Below the pieces are notes generated by a model. That model ran no database searches. It had not been told where the DNA came from and was given only the letters and a program-made list of their open reading frames with translations. Of a stretch of 64,000 bases of DNA, positions 1 to 8,095 are shown in pieces (position 1 is the first letter of the stretch; the number at the start of each line of letters is the position of its first letter). The stretch is from Minisyncoccota bacterium. GTDB lineage: Bacteria > Patescibacteriota > Minisyncoccia > Phycocordibacterales > UBA9973. The stretch covers positions 152,496 through 216,495 of the forward strand of contig JBAZQY010000002.1 of assembly GCA_041663185.1 (NCBI GenBank), given 5' to 3'. Position numbers and translations under genes: made by a program.

Positions 1-784
1 GTATCATTTTGTCATTTTGCAAAATGTTTGAATGTTCTTTTTTGAGATCGCGGATTAAATACAATACCGCTGTTTTTAAACCGGAAAAAGAAAAATCGTA
101 ATCTTTTGAATACATCATTGGACGAGGAAGTTTTATTCTTAATTTTTCATTCTTAATTCTTAATTTTCGAGCTTGGTCTGCCAAGCGAGATATCTCTGGT
201 CCACCAGGATAAGGAAGCCCAAGCATGCGTGCTACCTTATCGAATGCTTCTCCGGATGCGTCGTCTCTTGTCCCGCCAATTTTTTTATATTTCATAAAGT
301 TTTTTACTAAAACAAGTTCTGTGTGTCCACCTGAGACCAGTAGCGAGAGCACTGGGAATATTTTTTTATTTTGAGTGACTGTGAAAGTTTTTCCTTTTTG
401 GGGAAATATAGAAAATATGTGCCCCTCCATGTGGTTTACCGGAACAATTGGAATTTTGTATTTATCCCCAAGTTCTTTGGCAAAAACAATTCCTGTCCAA
501 AGTGCTGGTTCAAGTCCTGGACCATAAGTGACAGTAATTAAATCGATTTTTTCTATTTTTATTTTTGCTTGTTTTAAAGTTTTTTCAAAAATAATTGGCA
601 GATTTTTTTGATGTTCTCTTTTGGCAAGAGCCGGAAAAACACCCCCATACTCGGCATGGATTTTTATTTGTGAATTCGTATTGTTTGCTAGAATCCTGAA
701 AATGTCATTTTTACCACTTATTTTTACTTCCAAAATACTTATTCCAGTATCATCGCACGATGTTTCAATTGCTAAAATTCGCAT
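1..784 (-). CDS. tsaD: tRNA N6-adenosine threonylcarbamoyltransferase TsaD (Kae1/Gcp family), 3' part runs off the window start
   Basis: Reverse-strand translation from the ATG (revcomp of cat at 782-784) gives MRILAIETSCDDTGISILE...HMEGHIFS...VLSLLVSGGHTELVLV...DKVARMLGLPYPGGPEIS. This is the typical TsaD N-terminus and metal-binding His motifs. It is absent from the ORF track because no stop lies within the window. Confidence 0.8.
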   Translation of the reverse strand, partial: MRILAIETSCDDTGISILEVKISGKNDIFRILANNTNSQIKIHAEYGGVFPALAKREHQKNLPIIFEKTLKQAKIKIEKIDLITVTYGPGLEPALWTGIVFAKELGDKYKIPIVPVNHMEGHIFSIFPQKGKTFTVTQNKKIFPVLSLLVSGGHTELVLVKNFMKYKKIGGTRDDASGEAFDKVARMLGLPYPGGPEISRLADQARKLRIKNEKLRIKLPRPMMYSKDYDFSFSGLKTAVLYLIRDLKKEHSNILQNDKMI

Positions 785-840
785 AGAGACACTATATCAT
801 AAGGGTTTTTATTTGACTATTTATATGATAAACTCATCTT

Positions 841-1419
841 ATGGAGAAAAAACACATAATAACGATTGCTGGTAAGCTTGGAAGCGGAAAATCTTCAACT
901 TCTAAAAGAGTGGCTAATCTTTTAAATTATGAGAGAGTCTCTACTGGTGAGTTTATGCGATTGATGGCTGACAAAAAAGGAATCGCATTAGATGAATTAA
1001 GTAAAATAGCCGAAGCGGATATTTCCATAGATAAGCAATTAGATGATTATAATTTAGAAATAGGAAAAAAAGAAAATATTATTTTAGATTCTCGGCTTGG
1101 TTTTTATTTCATTCCTAATTCTTTTAAAGTATTTCTTGAGCTTGATCCTAATGTTGCCTCAGAAAGAATTCTAGAAGATAAAAAAACAAATCCTAATCGA
1201 CACACAGAGGCGACTGGAGTTTTTGATACAAAAGAAAGTATAATTGAAAGCATAAATAATCGTCTATCAAGCGAGAGAAGAAGATATAAACAGTTATATG
1301 GAATTAATGATTTAACGGCGCATGAAAATTTTGATTTGGTTATTGATACCTCTAAGATGCCGTTAGAAGAAGTCTCTCAGAAAATTATAGAAGAATATAA
1401 TAATTGGTTAAACAAATAA
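841..1419 (+). CDS. cytidylate kinase-like P-loop nucleotide kinase
   Basis: N-terminal Walker A motif (IAGKLGSGKSST), about 190 aa, with the overall shape of a (d)CMP kinase-like family. The assignment is from motif memory only. Confidence 0.55.
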   Translation: MEKKHIITIAGKLGSGKSSTSKRVANLLNYERVSTGEFMRLMADKKGIALDELSKIAEADISIDKQLDDYNLEIGKKENIILDSRLGFYFIPNSFKVFLELDPNVASERILEDKKTNPNRHTEATGVFDTKESIIESINNRLSSERRRYKQLYGINDLTAHENFDLVIDTSKMPLEEVSQKIIEEYNNWLNK

Positions 1420-1424
1420 ATAAG

Positions 1425-2822
1425 ATGAAAATACTAAGCGAATTATTAGAAGATATAAAAGTAATTGAAAGCCATGGAAATCTTGATGCTCGAGTGTCTT
1501 CTGTTTCGCTTAATTCAAAAACTATTGAACCGAGGTCATTGTTTGTCGCATTAGTTGGAAATGTCGTTGACGGACATATATTTATTGATGAAGTGGTTGA
1601 AAAAGGAGCTACTGTGGTAATTTATGAAAATGATCCCAAGGAGTTTAAGAGTGGCGTGACTTATTTGAAAGTGACTGATACTCATAGTGTTGTAGGAATA
1701 ATCGCTGATAATTTTTACGGGAATCCGTCTCGCAAGTTGAAATTAGTTGGAGTGACTGGCACAAACGGTAAGACTACAACAGTGACATTACTCCATCAAC
1801 TTTTTCGTAATTTAGGATATAAGGTAGGAATGATTGGGACAGTTGTTAATAAAATAAATGATAAATTTTATGAAGCTACTAGAACAACTCCGGACCCAGT
1901 TAGTTTGAATAAATTACTGGCCGAAATGGTAGATGAAGGTTGTGAATATTGTTTTATGGAAGTCTCATCTCATTCTGTCTGCGAAAAGAGAATTTCTGGA
2001 CTTTCTTTTGTTGGGGGTATATTTACAAATCTTACGCTTGATCATTTGGACTATCATAAAACAATAGATAATTATTGTAATGCCAAAAAAAGTTTTTTTG
2101 ATATTTTACCTGCGACAGGTTTTGCAATTGCAAATATTGATGACGAGAAAGGGGAGTATATACTAAGTACTACAAAAGCCCATAAATATACAATGAGTTT
2201 GAAACAAGAGGCAGATTTTAATGAACGACTTGAGACAAAACTAATCGGCGAATTTAATATGTATAATGTTTTAGGTGTATATGCTGTGGCTGTTTTACTC
2301 GGACAGGATAGGGAAAAAGTTAAAGAATTAATAAGGGAACTAGATGGAGCTCCAGGGAGATTCCAGGCAATTAAAAGCAAAAATAATATTACCGGAATTG
2401 TTGACTATGCTCATTCACCAGATGCCTTAGAGAATGTTTTGAAAACAATAAACCAAATGAAAGGAGATGGACGAGTTATTTCTGTTGTTGGGTGTGGCGG
2501 AGATCGAGATAAAAGTAAACGTCCAATTATGGCAAAGATTGGCTATGAAATGAGCGACATTCTTATCCTTACATCTGATAATCCAAGAAGTGAAAAACCT
2601 GAAGATATTTTAAGTGAAATGCAGAAGGGAATTCCGCTTGATGGTATAGATAAAGTTGAGATTATTATTGATCGGCGGATAGCAATTCAAAAGGCCTGTG
2701 AACTTGCCAAAGAAGGGGATTATATTTTAGTGGCCGGTAAGGGCCATGAAAATTATCAAGAAGTAAACGGAGTCAAAACCCATTTTGATGATATGGAAGA
2801 ATTAAAAAAATATTTGGAATAA
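1425..2822 (+). CDS. murE: UDP-N-acetylmuramoyl-L-alanyl-D-glutamate--2,6-diaminopimelate (or L-Lys) ligase MurE
   Basis: Mur ligase motifs GVTGTNGKTTT and DYAHSPDALENVL are present. The track ORF begins at a TTG at 1404, and the ATG at 1425 (MKILSELLED) is the more likely start. Confidence 0.9.
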   Translation: MKILSELLEDIKVIESHGNLDARVSSVSLNSKTIEPRSLFVALVGNVVDGHIFIDEVVEKGATVVIYENDPKEFKSGVTYLKVTDTHSVVGIIADNFYGNPSRKLKLVGVTGTNGKTTTVTLLHQLFRNLGYKVGMIGTVVNKINDKFYEATRTTPDPVSLNKLLAEMVDEGCEYCFMEVSSHSVCEKRISGLSFVGGIFTNLTLDHLDYHKTIDNYCNAKKSFFDILPATGFAIANIDDEKGEYILSTTKAHKYTMSLKQEADFNERLETKLIGEFNMYNVLGVYAVAVLLGQDREKVKELIRELDGAPGRFQAIKSKNNITGIVDYAHSPDALENVLKTINQMKGDGRVISVVGCGGDRDKSKRPIMAKIGYEMSDILILTSDNPRSEKPEDILSEMQKGIPLDGIDKVEIIIDRRIAIQKACELAKEGDYILVAGKGHENYQEVNGVKTHFDDMEELKKYLE

Positions 2823-2825
2823 ATT

Positions 2826-2859
2826 ATTATTTTGTCATTTTGCAAAATGACAAAATAAT
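2826..2859. promoter_or_regulatory. 34-bp perfect palindrome (attattttgtcattttgcaaaatgacaaaataat), candidate operator or hairpin between murE and the Cys-rich gene
   Basis: Perfect dyad symmetry was checked base by base. It lies 9 nt upstream of the ATG at 2868. A 21-nt copy of one half (attttgtcattttgcaaaatg) occurs at 6-26 inside tsaD. Confidence 0.4.
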
Positions 2860-2867
2860 CATAAAAA

Positions 2868-4538
2868 ATGGAAACAGAAAAAAGAATTTGTAAAAAATGC
2901 CAGCAGGAATTCATTTTAGACCAAGATGATTTTTCATTTTACGAAAAAATGAAAGTACCTGTACCTGAAATTTGTCCGGATTGCAGATTTAAAATGCGAG
3001 CAATGTGGAGGAATGAAACCACTTTATATTCAGGGCAGAAATGTGGTTTGTGTAATGATAGTATTATAACTGTCTATAATAGTAAGAATAATTTTAAGGT
3101 TTTTTGTTATAAATGTTTTTTATCTGACTCATGGGATGCGAAGGATTATGCAAAAAATTATAATAAGGAGGAATCTTTTTTGGGTCAATTTCATGATCTT
3201 TTTAGGAAAGTTCCAAAGAAAAATTTATCAATAGATTTATCAAGTGGTCCTATTATAAATACTTCATATGCGAATGGGGCAGGAGGTATGAAAAACTGCT
3301 ATATGGTTTTTAATGGTGGAGGCGGAGAGGATATGATGTATTGTCGTGGGATAATGAAAGCCAAAGAAATTAGTGATTGTTATTTTGGTGAAAACATAGA
3401 GTTATCGTATGAATGCATTCACATAAATAAGTCGACAGGTATTACTTTTGGAGATAGTATTGTCGGATGTGTTGATTGTATGTTTTTAAAAAATTGTAGT
3501 GGCCTTACTAATTGCTTTGGGTGTGTAAATTTAAGAAATAAAAGTCATTGTTGGTTTAATGAACAGCTCACTCGTGATGAATACACGGATAGGCTAAAAG
3601 AAATAAATGGAAGTTATTCTAAAATAGAAGAAATGAAAAAAAAGTTTTGTGATTTTTGTTTGTCGTTCTCTAATCGAGAAAATCATAATATAAAAGCTAT
3701 TGATTGTACGGGGGATTATTTATTTGATAGTAAGAATCTAAAAGAATCGTTTGAAGTAACTGAATCAGAAAATTGTAGATATCTTTGTTATACAAAAAAA
3801 ACAAACGATTCATTAGGGGTAATGGGTTTTGGAATAAAATCGGAACAATTGTTAGAAGTTGTATCTACTGGATATTCTAGTAACATAATATCTTCAAATG
3901 GTATCGATGGTTCTCAAAATATTATGTATTCAAATTCATTACATAACTGTCATGATTGTATTGGTTGTGATGGTCTTAAAAATGCTGAGTACTGTATTTT
4001 AAATAAACAATATAGTAAAGAAGAATATGAAAAGTTTAAAGAACACATAGTTAAAGAACTCACAGAATTGGGTATTCATGGGTTAATGATGCCTCCAGAA
4101 ATTGCTCCATTTGCTTATAATGAGACAATTGCTCAGGATAATATGCCTTTGACTAAAGAGGAAGCTATCGCAGAGGGGTTCAGATGGGAAGATGATATTC
4201 AGATGACGAAAGGGAAGGAAACATTGCAACAAGAAGCAATTCATGATCATATAAATGAAGTCAAAGATGAAATTACAAAAGAAATATTAAGGTGTATAAA
4301 TTGTGAACGGAATTATAAGATTACAGAACAAGAATTATTGTTTTACCGAAAAATGAAATTACCAATTCCAAGAAAATGCTTCTTTTGCCGCCATCAGGAT
4401 CGTATAAAAAGAAGAGGTCCGTATAAATTCTGGGATAGAAAATGTGACCATTGTGGAAAAGATATCAAAACCAATTACTCACCAAATAGTCCAGAGATTA
4501 TTTACTGTGAGGATTGTTATAAGCAGGAAGTAATATAA
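2868..4538 (+). CDS. large Cys-rich protein with N- and C-terminal zinc-ribbon-like CxxC pairs and internal Cys-repeat units; function unknown
   Basis: The 556-aa ORF carries many CxxC pairs. Similar terminal modules occur at both ends: CKKCQQEF..FYEKMKVPVPEICPDCR and CINCERNY..FYRKMKLPIPRKCFFCR..CDHCGKD..CEDC. Internal repeats such as NCFGCVNLRNKSHCWFNEQ and DCIGCDGLKNAEYCILNKQ are also present. It sits between murE and murD. Confidence 0.7.
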   Translation: METEKRICKKCQQEFILDQDDFSFYEKMKVPVPEICPDCRFKMRAMWRNETTLYSGQKCGLCNDSIITVYNSKNNFKVFCYKCFLSDSWDAKDYAKNYNKEESFLGQFHDLFRKVPKKNLSIDLSSGPIINTSYANGAGGMKNCYMVFNGGGGEDMMYCRGIMKAKEISDCYFGENIELSYECIHINKSTGITFGDSIVGCVDCMFLKNCSGLTNCFGCVNLRNKSHCWFNEQLTRDEYTDRLKEINGSYSKIEEMKKKFCDFCLSFSNRENHNIKAIDCTGDYLFDSKNLKESFEVTESENCRYLCYTKKTNDSLGVMGFGIKSEQLLEVVSTGYSSNIISSNGIDGSQNIMYSNSLHNCHDCIGCDGLKNAEYCILNKQYSKEEYEKFKEHIVKELTELGIHGLMMPPEIAPFAYNETIAQDNMPLTKEEAIAEGFRWEDDIQMTKGKETLQQEAIHDHINEVKDEITKEILRCINCERNYKITEQELLFYRKMKLPIPRKCFFCRHQDRIKRRGPYKFWDRKCDHCGKDIKTNYSPNSPEIIYCEDCYKQEVI

Positions 4539-4540
4539 TT

Positions 4541-5911
4541 ATGCAAAATTACAAACAACAATTTAAGGATAAGAAAATTACAATTATGGGATTGGGTATT
4601 TTGGGGAGAGGGGTGGGATATACAAAATTCTTGGCTGAATGTGGGGCTGATTTGATTGTGACAGATTTGAAAACGAAAGAACAACTTGCAACTTCAATAC
4701 AAGCATTAAAAAAGTTTAAAAATATTAAATTTGTTTTAGGTGAGCATCGGTTGGAAGATTTTATAAACAGAGATATGGTGATTAAAGCGGCAGGTGTTCC
4801 CATAGATTCTATTTACATAAAAGAGGCCAAGAAAAATAAAATCCCAGTTGAGATGGACGTGTCTCTTTTTGCTAAGTGTGCTCCTGGTGTAATGATAATC
4901 GGAGTGACGGGGACAAGAGGCAAATCAATGACGACAACTTTGATTTATCAAATATTGAGACAGAATATAAAAGACAACAATGTCTATGTGGGTGGTAATC
5001 TTCGTGGAGTTGCGACCTTACCACTTCTTAAAAAAGTAAAAGCGAGGGATATTTTAGTTTGTGAACTTGATTCATGGCAATTGCAGGGTTTCGGAGAAGC
5101 AAAGATTTCCCCACACATTTCAGTATTTACGACATTCATGCCTGATCATATGAATTATTATAAGAATTCGATGAAAGATTATTTTAATGATAAGGCAAAT
5201 ATTTTTAAGTATCAGAAAAAAAATGACGTACTAATTATTCGTCCAGGGATGAAGAAGTTTATAAATAAAAAAGAAGTTAAGGGTAAACTTGTAGTTATAA
5301 ATTCAGAAAAAGTAAAAAATTGGAAGTTCAATGTTCCAGGTATTCATCATCGAGAGAATTTAGCTTGTGCTGTGGCTGTGGCAAAGCAACTTGGTATTTC
5401 AGAGGTAAAGATTAAAAAATCAATTACGGATTTTAAAGATTTAGAAGGGCGGCTGCAACTTTTGCGAACGTATAAAGGAATAAAAATATATAATGACAAT
5501 AATGCGACAACCCCAGAAGCAACAATTGCTGGGATTGAAGCATTAGTTGACCAGCCCCGAACCCGGTTCAGGGCTAGCCCTGAACCGGGTTCGGGGCAAA
5601 GAAGAATAATTTTAATCTGTGGAGGTTCAGACAAGGGTCTTCCTCTTGATAATTTTGTTAAAACTGTAAATAAATATTGCAAAGCAGTAATTTTTCTTGA
5701 GGGGAGTGGTACAGAAAAATTACTGAGTAGTAAGCAGAAAGTAGTAGGTATTAAGGTAAAAACAATCAAAGAAGCGGTACAAGAAGCAATTAAACAAGCC
5801 AATAAAGGAGATATAATTTTGTTTTCTCCAGCGTTTGCATCGTTTGGAATGTTTAATAATGAATATGAACGTAACGATTTGTTTATGAAGATTATTAGAA
5901 GTTTAAAATAA
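4541..5911 (+). CDS. murD: UDP-N-acetylmuramoylalanine--D-glutamate ligase MurD
   Basis: N-terminal Rossmann motif (ITIMGLGILGRGVG) and Mur ligase P-loop (GVTGTRGKSMTTT) are present, with adjacent mur genes as context. Confidence 0.9.
   Translation: MQNYKQQFKDKKITIMGLGILGRGVGYTKFLAECGADLIVTDLKTKEQLATSIQALKKFKNIKFVLGEHRLEDFINRDMVIKAAGVPIDSIYIKEAKKNKIPVEMDVSLFAKCAPGVMIIGVTGTRGKSMTTTLIYQILRQNIKDNNVYVGGNLRGVATLPLLKKVKARDILVCELDSWQLQGFGEAKISPHISVFTTFMPDHMNYYKNSMKDYFNDKANIFKYQKKNDVLIIRPGMKKFINKKEVKGKLVVINSEKVKNWKFNVPGIHHRENLACAVAVAKQLGISEVKIKKSITDFKDLEGRLQLLRTYKGIKIYNDNNATTPEATIAGIEALVDQPRTRFRASPEPGSGQRRIILICGGSDKGLPLDNFVKTVNKYCKAVIFLEGSGTEKLLSSKQKVVGIKVKTIKEAVQEAIKQANKGDIILFSPAFASFGMFNNEYERNDLFMKIIRSLK
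5555..5596. repeat. 42-bp perfect GC-rich palindrome (ccccgaacccggttcaggg-ctag-ccctgaaccgggttcgggg) embedded in-frame in murD
   Basis: Both 19-nt arms and the 4-nt centre were verified. The local GC is far above the window background. It encodes PRTRFRASPEPGSG, which looks like an extra loop placed before the conserved IILICGGSDKG segment. Confidence 0.6.
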
Positions 5912-5915
5912 TTTT

Positions 5916-6536
5916 ATGAAAAAACAAATAATATTTATAAGAGGAGGAGAAGTGTTTGATAATATGGAAGACATGTATGAGTATTTAAGAACTGTAAAAT
6001 GCGATCCGTATAATAAGACAAAAGAGTGGAGGGATTGGATAATATGGGCACTTGAAGAATCTTATGATTTAATATGTCCGCTGATGCCAAACAAGCAGAA
6101 TGCTGATTACACAGCTTGGAAAATATGGTTTGAAAGACACTTCGAGTTTATTACAGATGATAATCCTATTTTGATAGGACATTCTTTAGGTGGCGCCTTT
6201 CTCCTTAAATATTTATCTGAAAATGGTTTTTCTAAAAAAATATTACAGTTACATTTAGTAGCACCTTATGTTGAAAATAATGGTATTTATTTAGAAAAAT
6301 TAAATACTTTTGCTTTTGATATTAAAAAAATAAATAAAATTAAAGATATGTGTAATGAAATACATCTTTGGCACTCAAGGGATGATAATTCTGTTCCTTT
6401 TTCTCACAGTGAGTTAGTTAAAAAAAATATTTCTACTGCAGAATTCCATATCTTTGATGACCGTGGGCATTTTCGACAACCTGCCTTCCCTGAGATATTA
6501 GAAGTAATAAATAAATCAATATATGAAAGAAATTGA
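5916..6536 (+). CDS. alpha/beta serine hydrolase, RBBP9/YdeN-like
   Basis: Nucleophile elbow GHSLGG, followed by a downstream acidic residue and His (SRDDNSVPF..DDRGHF). Size is about 200 aa. Confidence 0.6.
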   Translation: MKKQIIFIRGGEVFDNMEDMYEYLRTVKCDPYNKTKEWRDWIIWALEESYDLICPLMPNKQNADYTAWKIWFERHFEFITDDNPILIGHSLGGAFLLKYLSENGFSKKILQLHLVAPYVENNGIYLEKLNTFAFDIKKINKIKDMCNEIHLWHSRDDNSVPFSHSELVKKNISTAEFHIFDDRGHFRQPAFPEILEVINKSIYERN

Positions 6537-6729
6537 GAAAAAATATACAAAAAAACAAACGATTAAAATCCTTAAAAGACTGGTAGATTCTTTGGCTAAA
6601 GGTAAAGCTTTTCGAATGCAAATAAAAGGGAAAAAAGTTTATGTTTCAAAAGAAACGGAAATAGAAATAGAATACGAGAAAGACAAAAAGAAAGAAAAAG
6701 TTGAGATTGAAATTAAATGGGAAAAATAA
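6523..6729 (+). CDS. amphi-Trp domain small protein
   Basis: 68 aa, Lys/Glu-rich, ending in the EIEIKWEK pattern characteristic of amphi-Trp domain proteins. It overlaps the upstream gene by 14 nt. Confidence 0.5.
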   Translation: MKEIEKKYTKKQTIKILKRLVDSLAKGKAFRMQIKGKKVYVSKETEIEIEYEKDKKKEKVEIEIKWEK

Positions 6730-6730
6730 G

Positions 6731-7147
6731 ATGAAAAAGGTTGTATTTATTGATCATGGTAATATGCTTCGAAGTCCAATTGCAAAGGCTATTTATAATC
6801 AACTAGCAAAAGATGGTTCTTTGGCTTATAGTTATGGTACTCATGTGTTAGAGCAAGGATATCAAGGCAAAAAACTTTCTTCATTTAAAAAATTAGAAAT
6901 AGAAATCAATGAGATGAAAAAATATGGACTAGATATTTCTAACGAATATTGCGAACAGCTAAAAGAAGAATATCTGAAAGATGCTGACAAGGTTATTGTT
7001 ATGTTAGAAAAAGAATTTATTCCAGAGTGGCTGAATAATTATAAATGTGAACATTGGGAAATTCCAAATCCAGAGGCTCATACAAGCCAAATAATTGAAG
7101 ATATAATTAAATTAATTAAGAAAAAAGTTTTAAAATTAATAAAATAA
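6731..7147 (+). CDS. low-molecular-weight phosphotyrosine phosphatase / ArsC-like fold protein with Asp in place of the P-loop cysteine
   Basis: The N-terminal VFIDHGNMLRSPIAKAI aligns to the LMW-PTP CxGNxCRS P-loop with a C-to-D change. The size (about 139 aa) fits. The ATG at 6731 is preferred over the track start at 6701. Confidence 0.45.
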   Translation: MKKVVFIDHGNMLRSPIAKAIYNQLAKDGSLAYSYGTHVLEQGYQGKKLSSFKKLEIEINEMKKYGLDISNEYCEQLKEEYLKDADKVIVMLEKEFIPEWLNNYKCEHWEIPNPEAHTSQIIEDIIKLIKKKVLKLIK

Positions 7148-7149
7148 AA

Positions 7150-7178
7150 AAGACGGGCCGTTAATCGACCCGCCTCTA
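7150..7178. terminator. imperfect hairpin plus T-run between convergent genes
   Basis: gacgggccgttaatcgacccgcctc followed by tattttta; the stem is imperfect. Confidence 0.3.
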
Positions 7179-7181
7179 TTT

Positions 7182-7991
7182 TTATTTATATATAATCAAA
7201 ATAACTTTTCTTGCACAGGTTTTTCCTCCTGTGGCATCGTAACAATGATCCCACCAACATAGACTAGGGGATGTCTGCATCTTCTGGTAACTTATTCTCT
7301 TGGATTTAAATCCGTGAAGAATAAATTGTTCTCCGATGATACTTGGCACTGACACTCCGCCATGCTTTTCCCCAAGAGGCACTGCATTTTCTGCGTAATT
7401 GTTTTGGAGGAAACTCAGTACCATTTTATTCGCTGTTTCAGATCCTGGCTCTTCGATATCATACCTAAATGAATCTGGCTCCAGTCCACCCACTATGAAT
7501 ATTTCATAATCATAGGATTCATGAGCATCAGCCAACTTAGCAATATTATCGATTACACTCCAATGTTCCCTGAATTTCTGGCCGTGAAATATCTGAAGTT
7601 TATCAATAACCGAATTAAATCCTGCCTTGGCGGTAATTAATAGATCATTCCTTTTATCATGGTAAATCACAATCGGACTGCATTCTGTTGTTTCAAACAT
7701 AACCGCAGAATTTTTTTCAATAGCAAGCCCATCTGTTTGTGGGCCCTTCATAATTTTCATATTTCCAATGCTCATAAACTCTTGGAAATCTGAGGGTTGG
7801 GAAAGTTCAGCAGTAAATCCTGAACAATCTGGCCAATACAGAGTGGAAACGTCATTGTTTCGCAATATTGATAGTAGCTCCGGGTGATTACGCAAATCTT
7901 TTTCTAAACTTTCAGTTGTATCTAACATCAGAATATCTATTCTGCCCGAAAGCGAAAAAATCGAGGGATTGGTATTTTCCTGGTTTTTCAT
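7182..7991 (-). CDS. hypothetical protein (269 aa) with a C-terminal CWWDHC..GGKTC motif
   Basis: Long ORF on the minus strand, diverging from murC. No family was recognised. Confidence 0.55.
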   Translation of the reverse strand: MKNQENTNPSIFSLSGRIDILMLDTTESLEKDLRNHPELLSILRNNDVSTLYWPDCSGFTAELSQPSDFQEFMSIGNMKIMKGPQTDGLAIEKNSAVMFETTECSPIVIYHDKRNDLLITAKAGFNSVIDKLQIFHGQKFREHWSVIDNIAKLADAHESYDYEIFIVGGLEPDSFRYDIEEPGSETANKMVLSFLQNNYAENAVPLGEKHGGVSVPSIIGEQFILHGFKSKRISYQKMQTSPSLCWWDHCYDATGGKTCARKVILIIYK

Positions 7992-8095
7992 TGGTATATT
8001 TATTTGGTTATTTTCAATTTTATTTTTATATTAACACAATTTATATAGGATGTCTAAGAGTTATAAATTATCAATTTTTGTTGTATTATGTAAAC

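Noticed and set aside
621-875. 84-aa plus-strand ORF overlapping the tsaD start region
   Set aside because: It lies antisense to the well-supported tsaD N-terminus (HMEGH motifs on the minus strand). Its composition looks like non-coding antisense sequence, and it is the promoter/5' region of the cmk-like gene.
2072-5802. Antisense ORFs inside murE and murD (2072-2380, 4549-4803 and 5347-5802, all minus strand)
   Set aside because: All are fully embedded antisense to strongly supported Mur ligase genes. Their translations are Ser/Leu/Pro-rich, typical of the reverse strand of AT-rich coding sequence.
7868-8095. N-terminal 76-codon extension of the murC ORF in the track (start at 7868)
   Set aside because: The extension overlaps the divergent minus-strand gene 7182-7991. 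Its translation (MIVAPGDYANLFLNFQLYL...) is low-complexity and un-MurC-like. The conserved MurC N-terminus begins at the ATG at 8096.
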